A DNA stretch of 63,401 nucleotides, filler included, from Octopus bimaculoides (GCF_001194135.2; 6 parts of 5 records of this genome joined end to end with filler, not necessarily neighbours in it), one strand, 5' to 3'. Numbered from the whole stretch's first letter, positions 1 through 12,500 are shown. Notes: a model not told the origin generated them from the sequence alone. Program-made: numbers and translations.

Positions 1-150
1 ATATATATATATATATATATATACATATACACACCTATGTGTGAACTTCTATATGTGTGTATGTGTGTGCATATGTGTGTGTATGTGTGTGTATGTGTAT
101 GTGTGGTATATATGTATGTGTATGTATATATTTATATACGTCTATATATA
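1..150. repeat. (TA)n/(TG)n compound microsatellite
   Basis: Direct reading; it is the source of the spurious 41..412 ORF. Confidence 0.95.
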
Positions 151-1195
151 TGTTATATGCTCTGCGTATAAGAACATTTGCTTGAGCTTTTCTGTAAGGT
201 ATGAATGTTCACACCTTCTATTCTGCGTGTATGATTATTTGATACTTTCACATTTCTGCTCTTGTCCTTACTGGAGTGAATTGCGTACTTCTGGGAAATC
301 GAAATGGCTTCTTGGACATGACTTATTTAACACATTCGCCAATACTGTTCGAGTTGGAAATTACCACAAGAGAATACCAATGAAGACTCTTTTATCATTT
401 GTTCGAATTTAGCAATTTTTAATCAGCGGGTTACATGTCCATAGATTAACTTTTCCCTTGATATGCTACATAACAATCAAATTCGAACGTGAAGTGTATT
501 GAACTCAGAATGCTATGCTATAAAAATTAATATCAAAGTATTTTAGTAATATAAATATCATGATTTTTTAACTTGGTGGCCAACCAACAAATTTGATAAT
601 ATAATATAATATAATATAATATAATATAATATATATATNNNNNNNNNNNNNNNNNNNNNNNNNNNNNNNNNNNNNNNNNNNNNNNNNNNNNNNNNNNNNN
701 NNNNNNNNNNNNNNNNNNNNNNNNNNNNNNNNNNNNNNNNNNNNNNNNNNNNNNNNNNNNNNNNNNNNNNNNNNNNNNNNNNNNNNNNNNNNNNNNNNNN
801 NNNNNNNNNNNNACGATTTAGCACGGTTGTTAAAACTCCTAAAAATCATAGACAAGCTAGACAACTCATCCCAAATCCTATTTAGGTGCAATGTTTCGCC
901 ATTTTTGTGAGTGAATGAGCCCCAGAAAACGACTGTTACTTACTTTATTACGTTGGTGAAAAGTAACAAGTAGTCGCAATGTAAAGGGACGTAACTTAGC
1001 ACAATAATCTTCTAAGTCTGGTATCCTACGTTGTCTCGCTTTTCACCACTCTTTTTATGAATAAAAATAACAAGAATTATATAACGCCGCACATAATACT
1101 TTGTAACATGGAACCCGGATGTCTAAAGACACCGTCTAAAATGGAATATTATATAGATAAGGATGACTTGGAGCTCGTGTCAATAATTCACGAAA

Positions 1196-1412
1196 GAGGC
1201 GAGCTGGCAGAAACGTTGGCACGCTGGGCGAAATGCTTAGCGGTATTTCGTCTGTTTTTACGTTCTGAGTTCAAATTCCACCGGGGTCAACTTTGCCTTT
1301 CATCCTTTCGAGGTCGATAAATTAAGTACCAGTTGCCTACTGGGGTCGATCAAATCGATTGGACCCCGCTCCAAAAATGTCGGGCCTTGTGCCTAGAGTA
1401 GAAAACAATAAT
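1196..1412 (+). mobile_element. tRNA-derived SINE, family A (octopus-type)
   Basis: Head gaggcgagctggcagaaacgtt...ctgagttcaaattcc, body caactttgcctttcatcctttcgaggtcgataaattaagtacc, 3' end gccttgtgcc. Homologous copies at 17.75, 19.16, 22.76, 30.95, 31.45 and 62.8 kb in this window. Confidence 0.85.
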
Positions 1413-1867
1413 TCACAAAACAGTAAAATATTTGAGGGTTGAAACGGACTAAATATATGTATAAAAAATATTGGCACCGACATTAACAAGGAAACTGCAA
1501 GATTCAGTGAAAATGTCTGGGAGAAGTGGCTTCAGGTTCACCCGCAGCTTTTCGTGACCGGAGGTTTTCCCATTTGCTATTTATTCTCTCTTGTCTCTTT
1601 CTTTTAGTTATAGCTAAGCTAGTTTACTCTGACGAGGTCTAATTATACTGTAGTATGTTATCACTCAACAACTTAAGACGAAATTCCCTCTCAACTTCTT
1701 CTCTTTTATTATTATGTAATATTTTGTGATTGATTTCACAAGAATTGAGCTGCTAGCTAGGATATTTTTTCTCGTCGTTACAACAGAAGTCTCAATATAT
1801 CTTACAAATATTGTTAAAGATGTACAAAAGCAAGCAGAACATATTTTACTTCCCATGCAGATAAAGC

Positions 1868-1873
1868 GAGAGA

Positions 1874-1926
<53 letters not shown>

Positions 1927-1980
1927 GGGGGAGAGGGAAATAGATATAGAAAGAGAGGGAAAGAGAAATAGAGAGAGAGA
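1868..1980. repeat. (GA)n microsatellite
   Basis: Direct reading. Confidence 0.95.
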
Positions 1981-2049
1981 AGACGTGAATTGATATACAC
2001 ACTTCTAAGCTTTCAGTTTAGATGCCATCCTCAAACCAGAGTTACTTAG

Positions 2050-2322
2050 TATCTTGTTTCTTTTTTTGATGCCGAGGTAGCGCGAGCAGACAAAGACGCC
2101 AACCCGACTCTCTCGGCCTTCACTCTATGGACCATCGAAAATATGTCAGTTTGATGGAAAGAGAGGGGCTCCACTAATTGGCTGGTTCTCATTTCCAATC
2201 TAATGGACTGAAGCAACATAAGACGAAGTCTCTTGTTCAAGAATACAACACACAACAATGTCCACGAATGGAACCCACGACCTTCTGAACCTAAGCCCAA
2301 CGCTATAACAGCTAGGCCAACC
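2050..2322 (-). mobile_element. Degenerate tRNA-head SINE with CORE-like central domain
   Basis: Reverse complement reads ggttggcctagctgttatagcgttgggcttaggttcagaaggtcgtgggttccattc (A/B-box-like head), then ttcttgaacaagagactt...gttgcttcagtcca, similar to the body of the 42686 SINE. Confidence 0.65.
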
Positions 2323-3117
2323 AGTTTTATACATCCTTTCATACAAACTCACACACTCACATTTCTGTATGTATATATCTATTACACATACACACACACA
2401 CCGGTTGGGATGCAGGATTTCATTACTGCTTGCGTAATGAATAAACATATTATCGATACAGAGAGATACGGGATAATTGTGTTAGACACACACAGAGATA
2501 CACACATATATATACGCACTCTTGTATATATTTGTCTATACACACACACACACACACGCACACGCATGTATATATGTGCATACACACACATATTAGTGAG
2601 ATTACTCACAGAAACACATACACACATAATTGTTAGGTGCTCATTAAAGGCGTAATAAAATTAATTAATATTGTCCAATAAATGCGATCTGCTTAAATAG
2701 GTGCATATTTCTAAACAACTTAATAGATGAAATGGAGGATTGTGTAATACTGACAGTAAACCCTAACATAATTGGTAGATGAAATACCTTAATGATTGAT
2801 GGTAATATTTATGGATTAAACCATGCACACGCGAAAACGTGGATGCAGTCATACATTTAGTATTCCATATATGCGCACATACATGCATACATACAGACGG
2901 AAATACGCCACATACAATATAATTATACATTTAGATGCATACAAGTAATTATGTGAGATGTGGCTTGTGAATTTCGTATCAATCTTGAGAAGGTGGGATT
3001 CATGAAACCAGGATGATACGATTAAATAGAAAATTAGAATCCCAAGAAATTAAAGCCACTCTAAAATTATGTGAATTGATCTCAAAGTGTAATATAACGC
3101 ATATATAACTACATATG

Positions 3118-3187
<70 letters not shown>

Positions 3188-3419
3188 TGTGTGCTTGTCC
3201 GTAGATATAAGTCAGATATATGTACGCATGTGTGCGTGTGTATGAGTTTGTAAACCGTAAAGGCACCCTATATATGTATGTATGTGCATTTGTATGTATA
3301 ACTATGCATACAGATACACATATATAATACTTATATAGGGAGTTCCTTTCTTTGTTTCTTACTTCTGAAGTCAGTGCAGCTGAAACAAAAACTGCAGCCA
3401 CAGGTGCCGCTGCCATCGA

Positions 3420-4350
3420 ATGGCTTACTCAACAATCATCACTATTCCAAATAATAGAATATTTGTCTTCAATATCATAAATATGTCAATGACAATATTC
3501 TGAGACAGTTCACTTTTGCTTCTCTGTATTTTAGCACTAAATCCACTGGTTGTATGGTACGGACCACAGAAACAAAATACACAATTTCTTCGTGGACAAT
3601 GTAAATGTTTATATTCGAAATGTTGAAGATGCTGAGAGACAGGAAGTTGAGAAGTGGAGCCTACAAAGAAACAAATGTTTGAGCAACTGCTTCTAGATAT
3701 GCCTCCCAACCCAGCCAGCCTATATATATATATATGGAACTTAGTGACCTCCCACCGACTTTCCTCTAGTGTGCTAAAACAAAGACCCTCGAACGCACTT
3801 GCTCTAAATCTTCGTTGGAAACACGAATCAGTTTTCCAGATCGCGGAGGCAATCAGGAAATAGCAGCAGGACTCACACTATAGCCCGAAAGATAGGTTTT
3901 GCTAAGGAGACAGATTAGTTGCAGAAATGACCCAACGGCAGTTCTAAAGGTTTCCTAATGGTTTCCTTTGCACAGCGTGGAACTGGATTATGAAAGTTTA
4001 CCTGGAGAAACAGTCAAAAGCTCCTTCACATACCATCCAGAATATGTTGAGACCAAATATCATTTTGGATTCCAAAATGTCCAGAAGAATTTTGCCTGTA
4101 GTGTAGATACAAAGAAATGTATCGTAGATTCAAAATAAGTATGAGTGTTAAAATTGAAATATTAGAAGAGTTGGCGATCGTACAAGAAACCTAATTTTGC
4201 AGTCACAACTGAAAAGAGTGAGGTTGCTGCTTGCTCTTCTACATTATGGATAAGCTCTATACAAGCTGTTTTAACCAATTCCTCTGTGATCATTTCAAAG
4301 GAAATTGAGTGATGACAGATGAGCTTGCAAATGGAAATAGAACATAGTGC
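3420..4350 (+). mobile_element. Highly degraded non-LTR retrotransposon RT fragment, R4/Dong-like (restriction-like endonuclease group)
   Basis: Manual translation gives TIF*DSSLLLLCILALNPL (compare GIFQGDSLSPLLFCLALNPL), then after a frameshift KIHNFFVDNVNVY (compare ISHLxFxDDxKLY). A weak DR*AC zinc-knuckle-like remnant lies near 4310. Stops and frameshifts throughout; motif recall only. Confidence 0.55.
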
Positions 4351-5651
4351 AGATGTACCGAACAATGTTTTTAATTAATAAAATTATTTTGACAGAATCA
4401 AAGAAAAAATACAAATCAGCCTTCAGAATGTTATTCTTGATTACAGAAAAGTTGTTCAACTCTATTCTTCACTCTAGATAGTTGTCCTAATTATTATTCT
4501 ATTTGCTGAAAGACCTCATCAATTATTTTCACTTTTACACATCAATGCATGGCAATTCCTTCTGGTACTGGACATCGAAAGAACTATTTGTCTCTGTGTC
4601 TTTAAACACACAATCGTATCTTCTGACTCTACATATATCAGTATATGATAGCCACACACTAGTACGCTTTGTGTCATCCTTTGATCTGGTAGAAATAGCA
4701 GCTAAATTTTATGGAAATTACACATTATTGTCTTAAGTAAAACGTTAGACAGAACAGTGCTCTGTGTCTGAAAAGACAAAAAGGAAACGGGATAGTCATG
4801 GCTGGAATACGTTTTGTCCTGAACAAAGAACTGACAATAAATTTCATGAACTGTTGTAGAAGTTACCTCTCCTGTGTAGTTGAAGGTTTAATTAAAATTT
4901 AACGAGAAAGAGAATATTTACGGACAAGTGAATTGAAACAAAAAGCACGTTCCTTTCAAACTTTACACCGGTAATAGGAATCATCTGTTCACTTGGTTAT
5001 GCTGAGTCAAAATTTGTATTAAACTGAATTTTCCAACAAAGTTAGTCTGCAAGTGGGCAACAGAAATATGCATGACTAAAACGAACTGTTTGTTGTTGAT
5101 GTTAACTCAATCGAAGCGTTGGAACTGTGTTTCTTAGAAATCAGCCTCATTTTATACGAATGTTACAGTGTGGTGTTCATATATAGCAAATACAGCATAA
5201 TAAAGATATAAGTATTTAAAAATAATGTTAGAATCTAAACTCACACAAAAGCTTTTGCAGTCTCTAAACGTGATTCATATCGAAATTATTGCAGAGTCAC
5301 AGAAAATAATTTGATGACATTAAGCCTTTCTCATTTTCACTCGGTAATGTAAAGAATGGTGAGAATTGGGGATGGAATGCAGTTTTAGACAATCAGATAA
5401 CGTCGTACCTGCGAGTTGTTTATCGCAACATATCTTGTTACGTATTCCTGCCATGAAGTACCATAAAGATGTACGTCTATAATGGATTGTAATATCAATA
5501 GAAACCTCTCGTAATATGTATCTAGATGTCACTCTGTGGGTCCAGGGAGGGCGCTACTAATCCGCGGAAAACTGCTACGAAATTGCCTTCAAAAGTCGAA
5601 ATAAGTCTTAAACATTTTTTTTAAGTGTTACAAACATTAACCTAAATTGAG

Positions 5652-5926
5652 TTTATATTGTGCCTGTGGAGAGTCATCATCTTTTAGTGCCTTATTATTT
5701 AACACACTCACCGATTCGATTTCCACTCATTTACTTACTCATTTTTTTCTAGAATTTTCGTTGCGTTTTGCAATCTTTTCAATAGACGTTGATTCCCTTC
5801 TTATTCATTATAGTTAACGAAAAATTTTAGGAAAAAATAAATAAGTAAATGAGTGGAAACCGAGCCGGTGAGTGTGTTAAATAATAAGGCACTAAAAGAG
5901 AATGAATCTCCTCAGACACAATAAAA
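5652..5926. mobile_element. Fold-back / MITE-like element, ~110-bp inverted arms, ~53-bp spacer
   Basis: 5652-5762 is the reverse complement of 5816-5926 (e.g. cttttagtgccttattatttaacacactcacc / ggtgagtgtgttaaataataaggcactaaaag), roughly 85% identical by eye. Confidence 0.85.
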
Positions 5927-5983
5927 TATACTTCAACACAGGAATTCACAAAAAGAATCTTGCAAACCAAATACAAAAACGAA

Positions 5984-6058
<75 letters not shown>

Positions 6059-6261
6059 GGTGAAGGCCGGCTTATGGGATTGCCTTAAGTTTCCCGTTCA
6101 TAAAGGGTTGAGTTTTATGGCGTATGGACGGGAAGCCTAAGGAAATCCCATTAACCGGCCTTCCTCGTTTTTAATATATGCTGCTCTACATTTTTGATTG
6201 AGCTTCTTTCGGAGTTACATTTTTTACAGATGATCTATATATATTTGTCTATCACTTATTA

Positions 6262-6455
6262 GTTTCAGTCGTTTGACTGCGGCCATGCTGGGGCACCACC
6301 TTAAAGAATTTTTAGCCGAACGAACCGACCCCAGTACATATGTTAAGCTTTGTACACATTCCACCGGTCTCTTTCTGCAGAACCGTTAAGTTACGGGACG
6401 CAAATAAACTGACATTGGCTACCAAGCTGCGGTGGAGTCAAGACACACACGCATA
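6262..6455 (-). mobile_element. SINE family B, 3' half
   Basis: Reverse complement ends ...ggtggtgccccagcatggccgcagtcaaacgactgaaactaataa, matching the 3' end of the host SINE at 62326-62430. Confidence 0.8.
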
Positions 6456-6754
6456 CACGACGGGATTCTTACAGTTTCCGTCTAAAAAATCCACTTTAAT
6501 TGGCCCGAGGCTTTAGTAGAAGAAGGTGCCAAGCAGAGTGACTGAACCCGAAACCATGTGGTTGGGAAGCAAGCTTCTTACCATACAATCACGACTGCGC
6601 CTCTCTCTCTCTCTCTCTCTCTCTCTCNNNNNNNNNNNNNNNNNNNNNNNNNNNNNNNNNNNNNNNNNNNNNNNNNNNNNNNNNNNNNNNNNNNNNNNNN
6701 NNNNNNNNNNNNNNNNNNNNNNNNNNNNNNNNNTATATATACATACACATATCA

Positions 6755-7207
6755 CCAAGCCTGATCCTTCTTTCTTGACCGAATGTTTTCCGTGCAACAT
6801 CGAAATTCCTCCTTGTGCCTGTGAAAACCTGTATCCCTGCCGTAGGGCTTTATTTCCACACATGCCAGCTTAATTTCATTCGTCCTTATTCGTTCATTCC
6901 ACTCTTCGCTCTTTCGTTCCCCCTCTCTCACATTTCCTTGCCTTCTCTTCTTGCTCACTTTTCCTGCACTTTTCCCTTCACTCTATCCTTGTCATTTTTT
7001 CTCGCCCCTACTTCTTTCTTTTGTCCCTCTGCCGCTACATCTCTCTCTTCTCTTCCCACGTGACCGACGTTTGGCCAAGCCTGATCCTTCTTTCTTGGCC
7101 GGACGTTTTCCGTGCAACATCAAAATTCATCCCTGTGCCTGTGAAATCTTGTATCCCTGCCATAAGGCTTTATTTCCACACACGCCAGCTTCATTTAATT
7201 CGTCCTT
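6755..7207. repeat. Direct repeat of ~133 bp (6755-6887 and 7075-7207)
   Basis: Both copies start ccaagcctgatccttctttcttg and end ttcgtcctt; diverged; separated by a CT-rich spacer. Confidence 0.9.
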
Positions 7208-7503
7208 AGTCGAAAGACACCTGTTGTTATGTCCTGTTATTATTTTTATTGTATTCGTGTAACATTGTTCGTTTTATTCCGTCCTTGTTCTTGTATACAT
7301 ACGCTGCTTTCTTCCAAGGAATCTAATACTCTTAGCTTAGTTTTTCCTTGGGGCTGACCAGATTGGAGCAATCTCGAGTATGACCAGCTGAAATTGCAAA
7401 GATAATCTGGAACTCGACTGAGGAAAGAAAACTCCGAATGACTCGTCCTTGTTTTCTTTGTATCGTCTATCTGGCTGTTTACGTTCTTGTCCCATTTTGT
7501 ATT

Positions 7504-7507
<4 letters not shown>

Positions 7508-7558
<51 letters not shown>

Positions 7559-7670
7559 GATTCATTCTCGCACATGCATACGCACATGCATACGCACATG
7601 CATACGCACATGCATACGCACATGCATACGCACATGCATACGCACATGCATACGCACATGCATACGCACA
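7508..7670. repeat. (CA)n followed by a 12-bp minisatellite (cgcacatgcata)n
   Basis: About 8 perfect copies of the 12-mer from 7569. Confidence 0.95.
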
Positions 7671-8088
7671 CACAAATATGTACATATGTACATATACACA
7701 TACGTACGCATATACATACATGTGAACACATATATACGTACATACACACATCCGGATATATACGTACACATACACACACACAAACATATATATATATACA
7801 TATATATTTATAGAACCACGTATTACACGTATCTACATACATACGGATATTGCATTTGTCTGTGCATACATACATAGTCACATAGTCACATATGCATACG
7901 TACGGATAGATATACACACACATAACCATACATACACATATATATACACATGTGCGTATGCATACATACACACACATAGACATTATGTATGCTTACACAT
8001 ATACACTTATATGGACATATACATACATATATAAATGTATATATTTATAGACGTGCATACACACACGTGTGTGTGTGTTTGTATACAT

Positions 8089-8849
8089 GGAGCTTGCGGT
8101 GACCAGACAACTCGTGGTTATATAGAAAAACTGTTATTCATAGTGCAATATCTTTCAGTTAGCTTTCCAGACCCAGAAACTAGAGTTAGATGAAACTTAT
8201 GGATGCATTGTGGTGCATTTCCGTCGTTCGACGATAATCTCGATCAACTGAGTCATCTGCACCTGAATAAACCTGTGACTTAATTTCCCACAGACAGGTT
8301 AAACTTTAACGCAATTCGCAGACAGATTGAACGTAAGGTAGAGTGTGATAACTCTATACCTCCGCCAGAACATCGCTTTCTATCTGAATTTCGCTCACAA
8401 TGTAGTGGTTGATCCGAGGTGATAAAAAGTAACATTTGCTCAAGATGCTGTGCGGTAGGATCGAAACCCGAACCTTGACCTTCTTTACAATTCTGACGTA
8501 CTACACACACACGCACACATTCAAACATGCATACACATCAAATGGATTGAAGTATTTCATTTAATGCGCCAAAAGCTAGTATCGTTATTGGCCATTGCAC
8601 ACCTGTTATACACAATTTAACTTACAAGTAAACTTGAGAAATCCATCTTTTATTTTCCCTTCTTCCATCAATAAATCTTAATTAATTTATTTGCCTTATC
8701 TCAATACTGAACATGGTATGAAACATTATCAATCAATAAGGAGCGTGCGTTTAGCAGACAACTTGTGGTTATGCAAAAAACTGTTATTTATATTGCAATA
8801 TCTTTCAGTTAGCTTTCCAAGACCAGAAACTAGAGTTAGACGAAACCTT
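8089..8849. repeat. Direct repeat of ~110 bp (8089-8198 and 8740-8849) around a ~540-bp spacer
   Basis: Shared ggagc...cagacaact.gtggttat...tgcaatatctttcagttagctttcca...ccagaaactagagttaga.gaaac. Confidence 0.9.
8300..8480 (-). mobile_element. Degenerate SINE family B, 5' part
   Basis: Reverse complement ggttcgggtttcgatcctaccgcacagcatcttgagcaaatgtt resembles the head of the 61782 copy. Confidence 0.5.
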
Positions 8850-9789
8850 AGGAAACTAATTGTAGTTTAAATTACGATTACAATTTAAATTGATTCTCGG
8901 TGCAGTTATGCAATTCTTTGAAGTTGTTGATTTTGTGTCATCCTTATCGGACCTTACCAATAACTATTTGATCCGGGGTCTTTTTGGCAACGCATGTAAT
9001 CAGGCAAGCGTCGGAATTTCTCTCTCGTGTTCTAAAACTTTATAGGCAATACTTTTAATACTAAAAATTCTATGCCTCAGAATGTGCAGGGCGTTTGCTG
9101 GTTGGGAGAAATAGCGGACCTTTAAATAGGAAAATTCATATTAAAAAAAAACCAAACTATTATTGAAATATTTTATTTATCTTAAGGACTAAGACGTTCT
9201 CTTTTGCTTCTAAATTTTAAGAAACGTCAACAATAAACATTTTCAAATATAAATTGTGATTACATGTTTTGTGTCTCTGTTCGAATCTTAACTATTCCCC
9301 AGTCACTAATATTGGTTCAAATGTACTATTGATTTTGTTTTAGAATTGCTCAGAAATACCAGCTAACGAACTTTATGTCTCCTATTTAGCTGAACTCAGT
9401 TAACCATAGTAACATTCGATGTTTTGCGTCAGTAATCTTGTGCTAACAATCAATATGATCGTATTTTCTTTCAACCTAAAACACCATCAATTTTTACTTC
9501 AATTTCTGTCAACTTAGTTTTAGTTATTCATCAAATTATCTCGTGTCTGTCCAACCCTAACTAGTACTTCCTTTCATTTCTAATTACGTATCTGTTTAAT
9601 AATCTTAACTTAATGAGCGATGGACAGTGAATCAGTTCACAAAGTTGTAAAGTAATAGCATGATGTTGTAATATCGAAAAAGTACGTCACTTGATTTCAG
9701 TGTTAATGTCGACTGCCTCCGAGAGATTTTGCCTGAAGAGAGGTGGGTTGGCCCAAGCTGATTTCCATTAGCCATATTACATAAAGTAT

Positions 9790-9990
9790 AAGACGGAGCA
9801 TCTACACTGTCGCTAGGTCTGCTAGAAATAGCAGGTAAATTCCCTCAAATTCCACCTTAGCCTCTTAACAAAAAAGGAAGGTAATATTGGAAAATGTAGT
9901 TATGTAAGATTTGTCAAGTGATACAAGGTGGTCATGGATGGAGACCTTTGATTGTACGTCTAATCGAACAGCGCTGATCTGTAAGGGATT
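9790..9990 (+). mobile_element. Old interspersed repeat carrying the ctagaaatagcagc(c)aaat motif
   Basis: The same motif and downstream sequence recur degenerately at ~4685-4830, ~24405-24450, ~25265-25350 and ~33270. Confidence 0.55.
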
Positions 9991-10099
9991 ATTAACAAGA
10001 ACAACAACTCGAAAACCATTAACCACATGAAGCATTCAGGTGTGTCCCCGAAGCCAATAGACACACCAGCTTCCTTATCGCTATTATCATTCTACCTTC

Positions 10100-10222
10100 A
10101 CTTAACCATAATTAACCAGCATTCATTTATGAATTTACATCTATTTAACCCTAATTAACCGATATTCAATTATGATTTTACGGCTATTTAACCTTAATTA
10201 ACCAGCGTTCGATTGTACAATT
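10100..10222. repeat. Degenerate 43-bp tandem repeat, 3 units, each with a TAATTA
   Basis: Units start at 10100, 10143 and 10186; consensus a(c/t)ttaacc.taattaacc... Confidence 0.8.
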
Positions 10223-10317
10223 GATTAAACACGCTTAGTTAGTTCTAATTAATCAGCACTTGACCTTGTGTATCGGTAACCTAAGCAACCGGGCTATAAT
10301 TAATGTTTCCAATCATA

Positions 10318-10352
10318 TTAGTAATTATTTCTTTGATACAACAACTTGTTAC
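10318..10352 (-). CDS. Candidate terminal coding exon (G)NKLLYQRNNY*
   Basis: Strong acceptor ttttctccctatttttcAG at 10353-10354. The phase-1 reading is compatible with the phase-1 donor of the 21475 exon. No homology recognised. Confidence 0.25.
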
Positions 10353-10434
10353 CTGAAAAATAGGGAGAAAATCACAAATTGATTCGATTTAATGGCCGGA
10401 TCAATATAAATGTGTATATGAGTGTGTGTATATA

Positions 10435-10470
<36 letters not shown>

Positions 10471-10640
10471 CGTGTGTGTGTGTATGTGAGTGTGTGCGTG
10501 ACAGAGAGAGACAGAGAGAATATGTATTGTATGTGCTTTAATATAGAAGTTTACGCAATGTTTCCTCTGTGTGCGTTGGTTTTCATTACTGATTTCTGCG
10601 TTTGTGTAAGCGCGAGTATATGTGTGTGAGAGACTTCGTA

Positions 10641-10672
<32 letters not shown>

Positions 10673-10899
10673 TGTGTGACAGAGAGAGTGAGAGAGAACA
10701 TCCGTTTAAAAACTAATGACAAAAGAAAACCAATACAGCAAAATAATTGCAGTAAAATTAGCCAAATAAATATATTTGGAAAGTAAGACGACGCAACGTA
10801 TGTTTCCCTCTTATGTGACCTCAATGCAGTCTATTTATCTCCAGTAGATTCACAAATGATCCCTGTGTACAAACACAGACACAGACACAGAAACACACA

Positions 10900-10949
<50 letters not shown>

Positions 10950-11864
10950 NNNNNNNNNNNNNNNNNNNNNNNNNNNNNNNNNNNNNNNNNNNNNNNNNNN
11001 NNNNNNNNNNNNNNNNNNNNNNNNNNNNNNNNNNNNNNNNNNNNNNNNNNNNNNNNNNNNNNNNNNNNNNNNNNNNNNNNNNNNNNNNNNNNNNNNNNNN
11101 NNNNNNNNNNNNNNNNNNNNNNNNNNNNNNNNNNNNNNNNNNNNNNNNNNNNNNNNNNNNNNNNNNNNNNNNNNNNNNNNNNNNNNNNNNNNNNNNNNNN
11201 NNNNNNNNNNNNNNNNNNNNNNNNNNNNNNNNNNNNNNNNNNNNNNNNNNNNNNNNNNNNNNNNNNNNNNNNNNNNNNNNNNNNNNNNNNNNNNNNNNNN
11301 NNNNNNNNNNNNNNNNNNNNNNNNNNNNNNNNNNNNNNNNNNNNNNNNNNNNNNNNNNNNNNNNNNNNNNNNNNNNNNNNNNNNNNNNNNNNNNNNNNNN
11401 NNNNNNNNNNNNNNNNNNNNNNNNNNNNNNNNNNNNNNNNNNNNNNNNNNNNNNNNNNNNNNNNNNNNNNNNNNNNNNNNNNNNNNNNNNNNNNNNNNNN
11501 NNNNNNNNNNNNNNNNNNNNNNNNNNNNNNNNNNNNNNNNNNNNNNNNNNNNNNNNNNNNNNNNNNNNNNNNNNNNNNNNNNNNNNNNNNNNNNNNNNNN
11601 NNNNNNNNNNNNNNNNNNNNNNNNNNNNNNNNNNNNNNNNNNNNNNNNNNNNNNNNNNNNNNNNNNNNNNNNNNNNNNNNNNNNNNNNNNNNNNNNNNNN
11701 NNNNNNNNNNNNNNNNNNNNNNNNNNNNNNNNNNNNNNNNNNNNNNNNATATATAGATATATATATGGGGGCGTAGACGCAACAGTGTCAAAGATATGGC
11801 TTGTGAAGACATCACACGTGTACGTTCTACATTCTGCCATGCAAAATAAGTGGCATCTTCACTT

Positions 11865-11878
11865 GTTGTCATGGTAAC
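11865..11878 (+). promoter_or_regulatory. RFX X-box-like palindrome GTTGTCATGGTAAC
   Basis: Matches the RFX consensus GTNRCY-N(0-3)-RGYAAC; sits in a short unique island with a CACGTG E-box at 11815-11820. Confidence 0.3.
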
Positions 11879-11949
11879 CGTCACTAATATTTTCCTCACT
11901 GATAATCTATCAATATCTCCATAAATTCTAATGACACTTTACATTGACG

Positions 11950-12456
11950 CACTGATGACGATGATGTTGATGTTTAACACCCCCCCCCCCACTACCACCG
12001 CTAATACCATGATGATGAAGATGATGATGATGATGATCATCATCATTATCATTATCATCAATATCATCCACGTAATCATTGTCATTATCATTATAATCAT
12101 CATCCTAGTCGTTTTGGCTGTCATATCGCCCTGCTGCTGCTGATTCTCCTCCTGCTGCTGCTGCTGCTGTTACTACTCCTCCTCCCCCCTCCTTCTGCTC
12201 CTGCCCTCCTCCTCATCATCACCATCATCATCATCGTCATAATCATCTTTATGATTATCAGCGCACAACATATATAGCATCATCATTCCTAACCCAACGA
12301 CCTTCATCATCGTCGTTGTTCTCATCATCATCATCATCACCACAACCACCACCATCAGCACCACCACTAGCACCACCACCACCACTAGCACCACCACCAC
12401 CACAACCACCACCATTACCACCACCACTACCACTAAAACCACCACCNNNNNNNNNN

Positions 12457-12500
<44 letters not shown>

